A stretch of DNA of 64,000 nucleotides from Octopus sinensis. Its lineage: Eukaryota. The position numbers and the translations under genes were made by a program. Location of the stretch: assembly GCF_006345805.1 (NCBI RefSeq), contig NC_043005.1:27962001-28026000 (forward strand), read 5' to 3'. Shown here one piece after another: positions 12,087-24,257 of this stretch (its first letter is position 1; each line of letters opens with the position of its first letter). Under the pieces are notes generated by a model. The model did not search any database. It was given only the letters and a program-made list of their open reading frames with translations, and was not told the origin of the DNA.

Positions 12087-12330
12087 CACGTTAAAAGCTC
12101 GAACCGATCATGACCGATGCCGGACCCTCCGGCCCCTGTGCAGGTGGCACGTAAAAAGCACCGAATCCACTCACGGAGTGGTTGGCGTTAGGAAGGGCAT
12201 CCAACCGTAGAAACTCTGCCAGATTCAGACTGGAGCCTGGAGCGGCCCCTGGCTTCCCAGACCCGGTCGAACCGTCCAACCCATGCTAGCGCGGAAAGCG
12301 GACGTTAAACGATGATGATGATGATGATGA
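9758..12330 (+). mobile_element. 5'-truncated RTE-clade LINE, young copy
   Basis: Open RT frame, 3'UTR 12087-12310, (GAT)n tail 12311-12330; starts directly after (TA)n at 9726-9757; endonuclease domain missing. Confidence 0.93.
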
Positions 12331-12443
12331 TATACGTATAGATGTATGTACATATATGTATGCATATATGCATATATATGTTATCATTTCCCTTGCCAGA
12401 ATATCACTGGCTTATTTGGTTAACTTTCTGCCAAGTTAACTTC

Positions 12444-12484
<41 letters not shown>

Positions 12485-12536
12485 TTTAAATTATTCTGTG
12501 ATTGAAAGCCATGCATCCTCTTCCAAGTTTTATCTA

Positions 12537-12571
<35 letters not shown>

Positions 12572-12627
12572 TTTATATTATTCTGTGATTGAAAGCCACG
12601 CATCCTCTTCCAAGTTTTATCTATCTA

Positions 12628-12660
<33 letters not shown>

Positions 12661-12663
<3 letters not shown>

Positions 12664-13057
12664 TTTTTTCATTTTCATTCCCTTGTTTCAGTCATTTGAC
12701 TGTTGCCATGCTGGAGCATTGCCTTTAGTCAAGGAAATCGACTCCAGGACTTATTCTTTGTAAGCCTAGTACTTATTCCATCAGTCTCTTTTGCTGAACT
12801 GCTAAGTTACGGGGACATAAACACACCAGCATCGGTTGTCAAGTGATGTTGGGGGAGGGGGGCAAACACAACACACAAACATACACATATATATATACAT
12901 ATATACGACGGGCTTCTTTCAGTTTCCGTCTACCAAATCCATTCAAAATGCTTTGGTCGGCCCAAGGCTATATTAGAAGACACTTGCCCAAGGTGCTGAA
13001 CCCGGAACCATGTGGTTCATAAGCAAGCTACTTACCACACAGCCACTCCTACGCCTA
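12661..13057 (-). mobile_element. Full-length CORE-like tRNA-derived SINE
   Basis: Reverse complement of 13667-14078 along its length, with a short deletion after the B box. Confidence 0.88.
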
Positions 13058-13344
13058 TATATATTTAATGCATTCATGGATAATTAATGGGTGGGATGTG
13101 GTGGTGAAAAAGGAGCAAGAACACCTGAAATATGCATATACACTCATTACCTATTTTTCCAACTTTGACCACATTGTATACATAAACGTATTTGTATACA
13201 AAGCAGACAAATGTCAAGTGAGAGTAAAACAGTCAGCAATGAGTCAGCAACAACTTTAGTGTTTACAGGCAGGTGTCCATCAGTACACATTTTTCTTAAT
13301 CCTCTCCTTTTTATTATAATCTTATAAAACATCACAAAAGAATT

Positions 13345-13480
13345 TACGATAGCTGCCTTGGAAACTCTTGAATACTGATGATTTAGCTATAGCAAAAGTT
13401 CAAAACTTGGAATTGAAAGGTCTTAGAGTAAACTTAGCAAAAACAAAGCTTTTAGTGGGAAGGGAGAAAAACAGGGCTCT
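13345..13480 (+). mobile_element. Decayed RTE RT fragment
   Basis: NTDDLAIAK...LELKGLRVNLAKTKLLV corresponds to YADDLALIA...GLESKGLRINVAKTKVLV. Confidence 0.65.
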
Positions 13481-13666
13481 TGACACCATCAACATCATCA
13501 GGTTAGTGGCCATGATCAGTAATCAGAAAAAGGACTCAGAGGAAATTCCTTATAAAGTACTCATTTTAATCAATGGATTCTCAAAGCGAATTTAGTAAAA
13601 AATGAAGAATTAGTCGGAAATGACCTTGCTTGGTATGTAGAAAAGGATTAGGTAAGAATTCCATAT

Positions 13667-14078
13667 AGGCACAGGAGTGGCTGTGTGGTAAGTAGCTTGT
13701 TTATCAACCACATGGTTCCGGGTTCAGTCCCACTGCGTGGCACCTTGGGCAAGTGTCTTCTACTATAGCCTCGGGCCGACCAAAGCCTTGTGAGTGGATT
13801 TGGTAGACGGAAACTGAAAGAAGCCTGTCGTATATATGTATATATATATATGCATGTGTGTGTTTGTGTCTGTGTTTGTCCTCCTTGCATTGCTTGACAA
13901 CCGATGCTGGTGTGTTTATGTACTCGTCACTTAGCGGTTTGGCAAAAGAGACCGACAGAATAAGTACTGGGCTTACAAAAGAATAAGTCCCGGGGTCGAG
14001 TTGCTCGATTAAAGGTGGTGCTCCAGCATGGCCGCAGTCAAATGACTGAAACAAGTAAAAGAATAAAAGAAAAGAAGG
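13667..14078 (+). mobile_element. Full-length CORE-like tRNA-derived SINE
   Basis: A box TGGCTGTGTGG, B-box-like GGTTCAGTCCC, CORE-like gcaccttgggcaagtgtcttctac, internal (TA)/(TG) tract, A-rich tail gtaaaagaataaaagaaaagaa. Confidence 0.88.
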
Positions 14079-14442
14079 AATAGTGTAATCAGTAAACTAC
14101 GGACACTCAGGGTGCAGTAGGTTCAAGGTTGGCTAACAGATTAAAATAAAATTCACCTGTGGCAGAAAGACAGAGTCAGTAAGTACTAAGAACACTTGAA
14201 AAATAGACACCAACTAACAGACAAGTCACTGATAAACAAGTAGTTGATAGCTTTTGTTATCTATAAGACCAAATTAGCCAGTGATATTCAGGCAAGGGAA
14301 ATGATAACATTATTGCTTGTGGCTCAGTAATTTCAGAGAAGTGAAACTGTAAACATAAACACACAAACAAAAGTATGCACACACGTGTGTGTGTACACAT
14401 GCACACACATATGCATGTACATGCACACACACACACACACAC

Positions 14443-15265
14443 ACAAGGTGTTTGGGCTAAATTTGATGATTTTCTTTTAATATCTCCTTTTTTTTCAGGA
14501 ACAGCTCTATGTATTGGTGAACAGTCTACAGAATTGGAGAGCATAAAGATTAAATTTGTGGTTGAGAAAAAATGAGATGATATGGAGGACTAGAAGCCAT
14601 TAAATGTTGGAAAAGATCTTCCTGTATCATCATGAATCATGCTGGGTGTCAAAATGCCGACATAATGACTGCTGCTCAATGCTCTGTGAGCATTGTAAAG
14701 GCTGTAAGATGTGACATGGACAGCCACAGCAGAAACTATGATGCCCAGCAGAAAAAGACACAGCAAACGTTCTGACTGCATCTACATGCCAGAGTTCATC
14801 CAACAACTGCAGAACAAAGTGATGGAAGATCCAAGGAGGAGAATCTGGGCTTTGACAAGAGTGATGGGAGTTGGAACTGCCACTATGAAGCTGGCCCTGA
14901 ATGAAGACCTTTGCAACTATTCCTACAAGAAGCACAAGGAACAAATTCCAACAGCCAAGGCCAAAAGGGAACCACTTGACAAAGGAAAAGAAGCTCCTGA
15001 ACAAGCTGAATCATCCTGTTGAGTTTGGGATGATCTGGTTTCTCTCAGATGAAAAGAATTTCTGCCAGGACTGCACAACACCCAGAACAACAAGGAGCTT
15101 ACCTACAATCCATATAATGCCCCAAGTATTATGCAAACCAAGTTCTCCCAAACTGTGATGGTCTTTGGGTGTGTCTCCGGTGAAGGTGACATCATCTTTG
15201 AACAGAAGTTTAGGCTCAATTCAGATGGTTATGTGAAGCTGTTGGAGACTGTGGTCAATCTTTGG
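14443..15265 (+). mobile_element. Truncated Tc1/mariner-superfamily transposon (decayed transposase, N-terminus to first catalytic Asp)
   Basis: Fragments KRSDCIYMPEFIQQLQNKVMEDP (HTH region), IWFLSDEKNFCQD (first D), TKFSQTVMVFGCVSGEG, LNSDGYVKLLETVV; frameshifted; cut off by the RTE at 15270. 5' boundary is inferred. Confidence 0.8.
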
Positions 15266-15269
15266 TACA

Positions 15270-16095
15270 TACACATACCTATTAATACACATGGTGGTTG
15301 TCTACTCCTTATGAAGTGTTTGACAACCTCCTGTACCTACACCTTAGAAATCATCATGACATCTGATGTGACGTTTTAAACCAGACTGTGTTCTGAAAAG
15401 ACACCCACATGCATTATACATCCAACTTGGATCACCAAGAGCTGCAGACAAGTTCTGATCTTTGTGTATCTTAAAATGTCTTTTGTGGCTTCTGTTAGAT
15501 TTGCAAACCTTCTGGCATACATTGCATTCAAAAGTGTGCACAGATATATAGGCAGTATAACTGGTGGCAGTTTGTTTTCCATGGGTTCACAAATGAGATT
15601 TGAGCCCAGCAAAAGACAGGCATGGTCTGTCATAGACTGTGCATGCAAAAAGGTCCTTCACCTTCTCGATCATAATGTTCTTCCTTAAATTTCTTTTCAG
15701 TCTTGCATGCGTTATCCTGGTCTCTTCAAATGCTTTCACTCCACTCCACACTTTTATCCGCCATCCAACTCGATCCAAAGCAAGGGTTTCTATGACTTCT
15801 GGATCCATTCCAAGTGACTTCATAGTAGTCCTTATGCTGTCCTTAAACGTTTTTGTAGGTTTACACCAAAAGCAATTCCCCTCTACAAGCTCACCATAAA
15901 ACAGCTGTTTGGGCATGCATTCATCTGCCATTCAAACAATATGGCCACACCATCTCATTTGGTTTCTCAAAATCATAGCTTTAACTGAGGTGATGCCTGC
16001 AGATGCAAGGACATCTGTGTTTGGAGTAAAAGAACTCCATTCAATGTCTAAAATGCGATGAAGGCATTTTTGGTAGAATTGTTCTAACAATTTAT
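15270..16095 (-). mobile_element. RTE (BovB-like) LINE 3' fragment ending in three C2H2-type zinc fingers
   Basis: MPKQLFYGEL...LALDRVGWR...FEETRITHARLKR, then fingers CTVYDRPCLSFAGLKSHL*TH, CNVCQKVCKSNRSHKRHFKIH, YNACGCLFRTQSGLKRHIRCH. ORFs 15587-15931 and 15344-15541 are in the same frame. Confidence 0.85.
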
Positions 16096-16595
16096 TCATA
16101 CACATATATATCTACATACATACACACGTACACACTTTTATGCATGCATATAAACATTCATACTTACACATGCATATACATACGTGCATATATATATATT
16201 GGCAAGTACAAATACATGCACACACACACACACACACACGCACACACAACTCTAAACTGTGTTCTTTGACAGGAGTACAGATTGTGTGTATGTAGTGTAC
16301 TCTGTGAAGGAAGGATGCTGATGGGAAGAAACTCTTATGGAAGTGTTAGAAATATGGTTGAGATAGGATTACTTTGTAAAACATTCCTTTTGAGGGAGTG
16401 ATTCATATTTATGTGGAAGTTAACTTGGCAGAAAATATATGTCTGAGTGACGCCCTACAGGAGGACAGACAACAGACAAATAACAAATTCATCGAAATGG
16501 AGGAATGTGAACACACACACACACACATGTATATATATATGTATAACATAGATAAATAAATAGATAGTTAGATAAGTAGATAGATAAACATGAGA

Positions 16596-16655
16596 CAGAC
16601 ACATACATACATACATGCATACATACATGCATACATACATACATACATACATACA

Positions 16656-16686
<31 letters not shown>

Positions 16687-16705
16687 GAGATAGATAGATA
16701 TGAGA

Positions 16706-16736
<31 letters not shown>

Positions 16737-16760
16737 TCTAGACAGATAGATAGATAGATG

Positions 16761-16812
<52 letters not shown>

Positions 16813-16819
16813 TCTAGAT

Positions 16820-16917
<98 letters not shown>

Positions 16918-16925
16918 CAGACAGA
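16596..16925. repeat. Compound microsatellite (TACA)n/(GATA)n
   Basis: Directly visible. Confidence 0.97.
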
Positions 16926-17527
16926 TACAAATATTATTTGTTCGTGGGTGGTGGGAAGATGAAATCACTGGCTAAGTCTTTAAGTGTTATCTTTCTTTAA
17001 GATACTGTGAATTGGTTAGCACCAGAGGATCACTGACAGATGATAAATCGTTTATATTGACTTAAACTTTGATAAAATATATATGAAGTAATTTATATGG
17101 CAAATAAAGATAACTGATAAGGAATTGTGGTTCTGATGAGACATCTAATCCTGCCTTCTTCCTACTAATGCATATTTTTAATGGCAGACGCAAAATTATG
17201 AAATGGGAAGGGATGGCGGTGGGCATGGATTAATAGAACTTCTGCTGATTCACATGCAAATATCTACCATACAACTCCCTCCCCTTCTCCCTTTCTCTCT
17301 CCCTTTCTCACTCATACTTTTCCTCTTTCTCTGTTTGATTCACACTTTCTCTCTCTCTCCTATTTCGTCTCGCTATCCCTTAGCTCCCTCTTCCTTCTCC
17401 TCTCTCTTTATCTTTCTCTCGCTTTCTGTCTATTTTTTTTATTTGTTTTGTAGTTGCTCACTCTCCTTGTCACTTTCTGTTTATCACCCTCTCTTTATCA
17501 CACACACTCAGTCTAAATTTTCTCTTC

Positions 17528-17598
17528 CTCCTCCCCTCCTCCTCCTCACACACATACACACACACACACACATACACACGCACACACACACACACACA

Positions 17599-17646
<48 letters not shown>

Positions 17647-17672
17647 CACACACACAACACACACACACACAC
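17528..17672. repeat. (CA)n microsatellite after a CT-rich tract
   Basis: Directly visible. Confidence 0.95.
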
Positions 17673-17903
17673 ATGCATACAAAATTCTCATCAGTGTTGT
17701 ACCCTGGGTACTCTGAAAGCTTTACATAAGACAACACATTCTTTCCTCACTTAAGACAGTAGTTTATGATTTGAGGAAGAGTTGTCTACTATTTCTCAAG
17801 GTTTGAATGACAAGATGGTCAAGGCTTGAGTGCTTTGTGTAATAGGTCTACTCAGTCAGAATGGACTTTGGTCTCTGCAGCAACAACAACGACAATGTAC
17901 AGT

Positions 17904-20030
17904 TGTGAGGAAGAGATGAGTCAGAAGGAAAGGGCTGTGATGTCAATGGTCAAGGGACCTGACTGGAACAGGAAAGGTGAGTGAAGAAGTAAGGGAAGGA
18001 AGACCAGGGTCATCCTCTTTTGCCTTAGGGCACTCACAGCAAACAGCATGCAGCTACATCAAGAAACAAGAAGAAGGGGCAAACAGGGGAGACAAAGTGG
18101 GAGAGGGGATGGTGGCAATGATGTGGGAGATCCTAAAGAGGATAAGAGCAGAAGAACCAGTAAGAAGGAACTGGTACTTATCCAAATCGGAGAATGGGAT
18201 TGTATGGTGCAATACTAGCAGCATAGTGAAAGGGGCTGTATTGGAAATCAGAGGTATTGAAGTGGAAGATGCAGCCTGGCTTCAAAAAGCAGACGATTAC
18301 AACCACATCAACATCATGGCTGAGTTGGATGCAGTGCTGAAATGGGTAAGCTTGACCCTGAAATGGGGGCTGCACTCCATCGAAATCCGAACTGATTCAG
18401 TCACAGTGCTTGGGTGGGTAGGATCAATGATCACCGACAAAAAGAGGGTTTGAACCAAAGAGACAGCAGAAATGTTAGTAAAGTGCTGCCTAAGGGTTCT
18501 AGGAGAGCTAGCTACTGAATTAGGTTTGAAGCTGAGCATGGTCTTTGAATCTTCAGAAAAGAACAAGGCAGATATTCTAACCAGGGTGAAAAAGTCCTGG
18601 TTGGTGGAGCTGGAAGATTTGAAGCATGGGAAAGCTGCAGTGTGTTGGTTAAGTGACTCAGAACTAAGGAGACTGCATGCTATGCATCATATAGGTGTGG
18701 ATAGAACCCTTTATCTTGCCAGGAGGGCTGATGCCAATATTACTAGACATAATGTCCAAAAGATGGTTGTAACTGTGACAGGTGTCAATCCATTGACCCT
18801 GCTCCAAGTTTGCATGAGTGGGGAAACATCTTGGTAGAGCACAACTGAGGACAATTGTCAGTGAATGTGACACACTAGTGGCAGGGGACATATTTCTCGA
18901 TGGTTGACTGTGGAGCAGGTCAGATGGCTATTTGGAGTGAATTGAAGACAGGCACTGCAAAAGAGATTGTGTGTATCCTCAACAAGGTATTCCTGGAACG
19001 GGGCCCTGTGGATGAATTGCTGATGGACAATGGCACTGCATTTTATTCGGAGATACTGAAGGAGATGCTTGATAAGTGGAACATGCACCACTTCTTCAGA
19101 GCAGCATACAGGCCAAATGGAAATGGGATTGTGGAAAGACATCATTGAACGATCAAGGCCATGGCAGAGAGTGAATGCATCTCATCACTAGAAGCAGTAT
19201 TCTGGTATGATATGTCACCCTGATCAGGACAGGCTGAAGAGTCTGTGCCACACAGAGAATGATATTCAGATATGAATGGCGGCATCTGAGCAAACCATCA
19301 GAATACCCTGTAGAAGAGAGAGGGAGATGAAGTCTGGGTCAAGCACCTGAAGGCATGCTGCACATCTCAGTGGAACAGAAGAACAGTGATGACTGATTCC
19401 AAAAATAATGTTACTGTAGATGGAATGCCACGTCATGTCTTATATGTTTGCAGGATTGTTGGTTCATCGGATGATGAAGGTGAAGGAGAAGAGACTGAGG
19501 CTCCTTCCCTATGGAGATCACAGCGTGTGAGGCGTCCATCCGGGTGGATGGCAGATTTTGACATGGAGTAAAGTGTGGATCTAAGAGATCAGGGAGTGTT
19601 TAGGAATGAGATGAGCTAGATGGAAAGGGCAGTGACATCAATGGTCAAGGAGCCTGACCAGAACAGGAAGGGTGAGAGAGAAAGTGAGGGAAGGAAAACC
19701 AGGGTTTTCCTCTTTCACCTTGGGATGCTCACCATGAACAGATGTGTGTGGAGTGAGACTGGTAATAGCAGCTGCTTACATTAGGTGCAATGGGCAGGAC
19801 TCGAGTTTTGGACTTAGTAAAGCTGGACAGCTGACAAAGAGAAGGTAGGTGAACTGTCTCTTATTTCCCCACATTACAGGTCCCTCAACCACAGCTGTCT
19901 CTACTTCAAGTACATAGTCACGGGAGGTGAGAGGCTATGTGGTACAAATATGTATTAAATAAATGTAAACTGATTTTATTATTTCGTGTTGTGAACTTTC
20001 TTGAAAGACGTTATCAAATTTTATAAACAG
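17904..20030 (+). mobile_element. Internally deleted Gypsy-like LTR retrotransposon (LTR - RNase H - integrase - PPT - LTR)
   Basis: 17904-18063 aligns with 19597-19785 (both start TG); RNase H WCNTSS...ELDAV...IRTDSVTV; integrase HHIGVDRT, MVDCG, LLMDNGTAF, YRPNGNGIVERHH; purine tract 19584-19596. End of the 3' LTR is uncertain (19785 or about 20030). Confidence 0.82.
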
Positions 20031-20402
20031 TATGGTTTTTAGAGTTCTGTTCAGCACCCCCAGCTATCAAGATAGCCACCTCCCGCTCAGTTGCAATCGT
20101 CTGGCTGCATGATTTGCTTTGTAATCCAGATTTGTGTAAATGTGACACTGATTAAAGTTAGATTTCAGTGTTAGAAAACACTGGGATATAAATTAGATTC
20201 AACTCAGCCATCCATCATATTGACAAATATTAATTCATAAAAAAAACTTTACAAACACTAACTCTATAAATTTGTTGGTCTGGGGAAAGGCATCCAACCA
20301 TTGAATACAGAGATAGGCACCATGCTGTTGAATGCTGGCCAGGAGTGATAAGAAAGATGTCTAGATACTGAGCCAAAGTGGGAGTTTTACATAGTTACTC
20401 AC

Positions 20403-20505
20403 AAATAACAGCTAAATCTTCCTCCCATCATATAACAGAAATAACAGCTAAATCTTCCTCCCACCATATAACAGAAATAACAGCTAAATCTTCTTCCCAT
20501 CACAT
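20403..20505. repeat. 36-bp tandem repeat, about 2.8 copies
   Basis: aaataacagctaaatcttcctccca(t/c)catataacag at 20403, 20439, 20475. Confidence 0.9.
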
Positions 20506-21769
20506 ACCACTGTCTTAAAAAAAGGATATGTTGGACGAAGTGGTCCTGGGTTCATGTTGGATGAAACTGATCTGGGATTAAACAACCATACAACACCACC
20601 TACATATGAAAAAGGCATTCAAATGCTGAGCCAAAGAGAGTTTTACTTTTTACATTTTGGTTTAGTAACAGGTTAATCTTGATCCAGTAGACATGAAATC
20701 AAAGACATTGCACCATTTTTGTGCATGCCCATTCCATCTTTCTGGATATCTATAGTTACATTGCTTGGTAAGTCTTTCCTTTTTTAAGACTGTAACGGTG
20801 TTATTTGATGGAAATATAGCTGTAATTTGAGTTACCTGAGTGTAAAAATCAAGTGGAGTCCATTCCTATCTAGTCACACGTCTACAACCAGAAAAACAAA
20901 GGTAATGTGGTGGGGGTCATATTCCAAAACAAGTATCAAACCTTCAGTGCCAACATTGTTTCTCAGCAACTTTACCAAAGAATGGCAACACAACCAACAT
21001 CCCTAGTTAGGCTTTTTTTTCACATAATATCTTGACATCTACAAAAAGTTTATCTTGTTACTTGATATCAACAGAATCATAATTATTTTGATGGCCACTC
21101 TTCTCCATACTTGCATAGGTGGGATGGAATTAACTTTTCTACAGTTGGAAGCCTTTCCTGTCACCAACCTTCAGCTGTTTCCAAGCAAGGTAATATTTCC
21201 CCATGACCAGACAAGATTTTGCAGAATATTGTAAATGAATGACATTGCTTCTATAATGGCGACACCCATTTAGAACTATTCTGTGATGTCAAGAGTACAA
21301 GCACCCACACTCAAACTCACCACACACACACAAACACAGATATATCAGTGAGAATGGATGCACTCTGTGCACCACAAATTTATCATTCAGATTGCACCAC
21401 TTATTAGTAACCATACTAAACTCCAACCGTTGTAAGATCTCAAAGGGTTCTGTACATTCTAAGAAGGTTATACTGTAATCTGAAGAGCACATCAATAATG
21501 AGAGCAGGACAATGGTGGGGACTTGGCAATTCCTTTATAATATCTGCAACCAGTGTCCAGTTTGGATTATGTATGCTGCATTTCTAAGTTGTGTCTCTGG
21601 ACTGCATTTATAGCATGATTAATTAATTACTGAATATTGAAACATATAACAGATGTAATAAAGGAATACCAGATTCACGCCCATGTTTTCCCCCCTTTAT
21701 TTACACACGTACACACACACACGCACACACACACTTGTGTGTACATGTGTTTGTGTGTGTATACATATA

Positions 21770-21935
21770 GACGATGGGCTTCTTTCAGTTTCTGTTTACC
21801 AAATCCATTCACAAGGTTTTGGTCGGCCTGAGACTATAGTAGAAGATGCTTGCCCAAGGTGCCATGCAATGGGAATGAACCTGAAACCATGTGGTTGGTA
21901 AGTAAATTTCTTAGCCATACAAGTCACACCTGCAC
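21770..21935 (-). mobile_element. 5' half of CORE-like tRNA SINE
   Basis: gacgatgggcttctttcagtttc...ccaaatccattcacaagg...cttgcccaaggtgcc...cctgcacct. Confidence 0.78.
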
Positions 21936-22261
21936 CTATCTAATCAACATTTGAAGGTTCTTATAATTTCATCAGATTAATTATGATAAAAACAATTTTC
22001 ACACAACGAACTACCACTTCTTACAATTTATCTCGTTAGCCATTTCTGCCATCCAGCTACTTCATTAACAACGATTTTTTGTTTGTTTTTTTTTCTGTTT
22101 AAGTCTACCAACTCATGCAAGAAAATACAGAATTCTCAAAAGCAAATAACATTAGTCTTCAAATGATATTATAATGAATATATGTTTTTTTTTTCCTTAT
22201 TAATTTCTGAAAATAAAAACATAGTTGCTGAATAAGGTGTAAAGTTTCTGCCTCCCTCCTG

Positions 22262-22409
<148 letters not shown>

Positions 22410-23747
22410 AAGTAGTTTTGATATTGTTGAGAAAATATTTCTTCAAAAGAAAGATGATGAAAGAAGGCAAATCAAACATTTCGAATTTCAAAATATAAAA
22501 TATGACCAACTGGAAATTTCATTATTCTATGCTTTATTAATGAACGAATAGCCAGAAAATGTGCTTTCTATTAGGTTATGCATGAATGAGCAGCCATGTT
22601 GTGTCATGTGACTGTGTACCACCACTAACAGTTATGTTTCTCAACAAGTATGGTGGTGGTGGTAGCAGCAGTAGTGTTGATGATGGTAGTGATAATAGTG
22701 GTAATGGGAATGGTGGCAGAACTGATATGGGTTGATATCTAAGTGAGGGTGAGAAATACTTTTTATTTTAAAATCTGAAGGGGGAAAACTTTAATTCTTG
22801 ATTTCCGGCACTTTCTAAAAGAATAATATAATATTGAAGCAGGAAAATATAAAATATGATAGTTAGAGTAGACGATATCCTATCTAGATTTCACTGGAAG
22901 ACCACCAGACATTCTATTTTGAGGAGAGATAATATGTTGTCTTATCATTTGTGGAAGGTCAGGTGTTTACTGTAAAGTTAAGCAGCATGTAAGCCTCAAC
23001 CCTACTCAAGAAAGTTTGAGTGTCACTAATTTTGTATTTTGAAAGATTTATAAAAAGAGTGATTATAAGTTTTAGTATCCATGATATAAGACTGTTCAGC
23101 TCTAGGTCAGCTCCATATATCTAATATTATGTCATCCAATATATTTTTACATTTTTTTTTGAAGTCAGGATGTGAGAAAAGGGAAATTTGGTTGCTATTT
23201 GTTACAAATTAAGTCTTTTTTTATTAACTTGTCTTCTTGTGATGCTGAACCGGGCAGTTCCACTTACTGGGTTTTCCCTTATGACATCATGGAAACTAAG
23301 CAAATTAAGTATAGCTTTAACATGTCTAAGTCAACATCATTCTTTTTACATTATTTTCCATATTGATGTGGGTCGGATGAGATGTTTTCATGCAGGCCAG
23401 ATGCTCTTCTTGATACCAGCTTCTGATGTGCGTTGCACCTATCCTAAAAACTGCAAAACATGCAGCTTTGTAAGAAGGAAGGAGGCACTATTCTGTGTAT
23501 GTTATGTGCATGTGCATATATGCACATGCGCTTCAAAAGCAACACATAAAAGAAATCAGTGTACACACAAGAAATGAATGTGTTCACAAAAGATTAATTA
23601 CTTGAAATAAAGGATTAATTATTAGATGTTCAGTATGTACATGTGTATCACAGGAAAAAAAAAACATCTGCACAACATAAGATTTTGGAACGCATTGACT
23701 TCTAAAAACTAGAGAGAACTTTGAATGAAGGTAGTGTTAGAGTTTGG

Positions 23748-24040
23748 GTAAACATTGGTGGGAAAAGTGTAAACATTAGGGGAAGGTAGTGTAAACATTG
23801 TAGGGAAGTAGGGTGAACATTGGAGTGAAGTAATGTAAACATTAAAGAGGGGTAGTGTAAATAATGTATGGGGGTAGAATAAACATTGGGGGAAAGTAAT
23901 GTAAATGTTGAAGAGATGTAGTGAAAATATTGGAGGGAAATAGTGTAAACACTGGAGGTAGACAGAGTAAACATTGTGAAGCAGGTGATGTAAACATTGT
24001 AGGGAAACAGTGTAAACATTGGAGACAGATAATGTAAACA
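23748..24040. repeat. Diverged 22-bp tandem array, 14 units, conserved GTAAACA(TT) core
   Basis: Cores at 23748, 23769, 23791, 23813, 23835, 23857, 23879, 23901, 23923, 23945, 23967, 23990, 24012, 24034. Confidence 0.9.
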
Positions 24041-24257
24041 ACTTCATGAATGAACTCTTTCAATTTGTCCCATGATGTTTATTAATGACAGAAATAATGA
24101 TTCTATACTTATGTATAAAGTCAATAATTATAGCAAGGATGGTGCTCCTCAAATTGGTTTACTGTCACCACTTTTGTTTTCCTAACACATTTTTAGTGTC
24201 CCCTTTCTATGATTCAACACTTCCTTTCTCATTTTTAATATATATATATATTATTAG

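Noticed and set aside
14491-14575. Plus-strand acceptor ttttttcag followed by EQLYVLVNSLQNWRA*
   Set aside because: Lies in the 5' end of the Tc1/mariner element and hits a stop.
19880-19926. 47-nt segment with good splice signals
   Set aside because: Probably within the 3' LTR of the Gypsy element; no independent support.
23268-23450. Minus-strand segment bounded by TTTTGCAG and GTAAGT
   Set aside because: All three frames contain stops; a non-coding exon cannot be supported without RNA data.
23748-24040. CRISPR-like repeat-spacer appearance
   Set aside because: Core is only 7-10 bp and imperfect, spacers are related to each other, there are no cas genes, and the context is eukaryotic.
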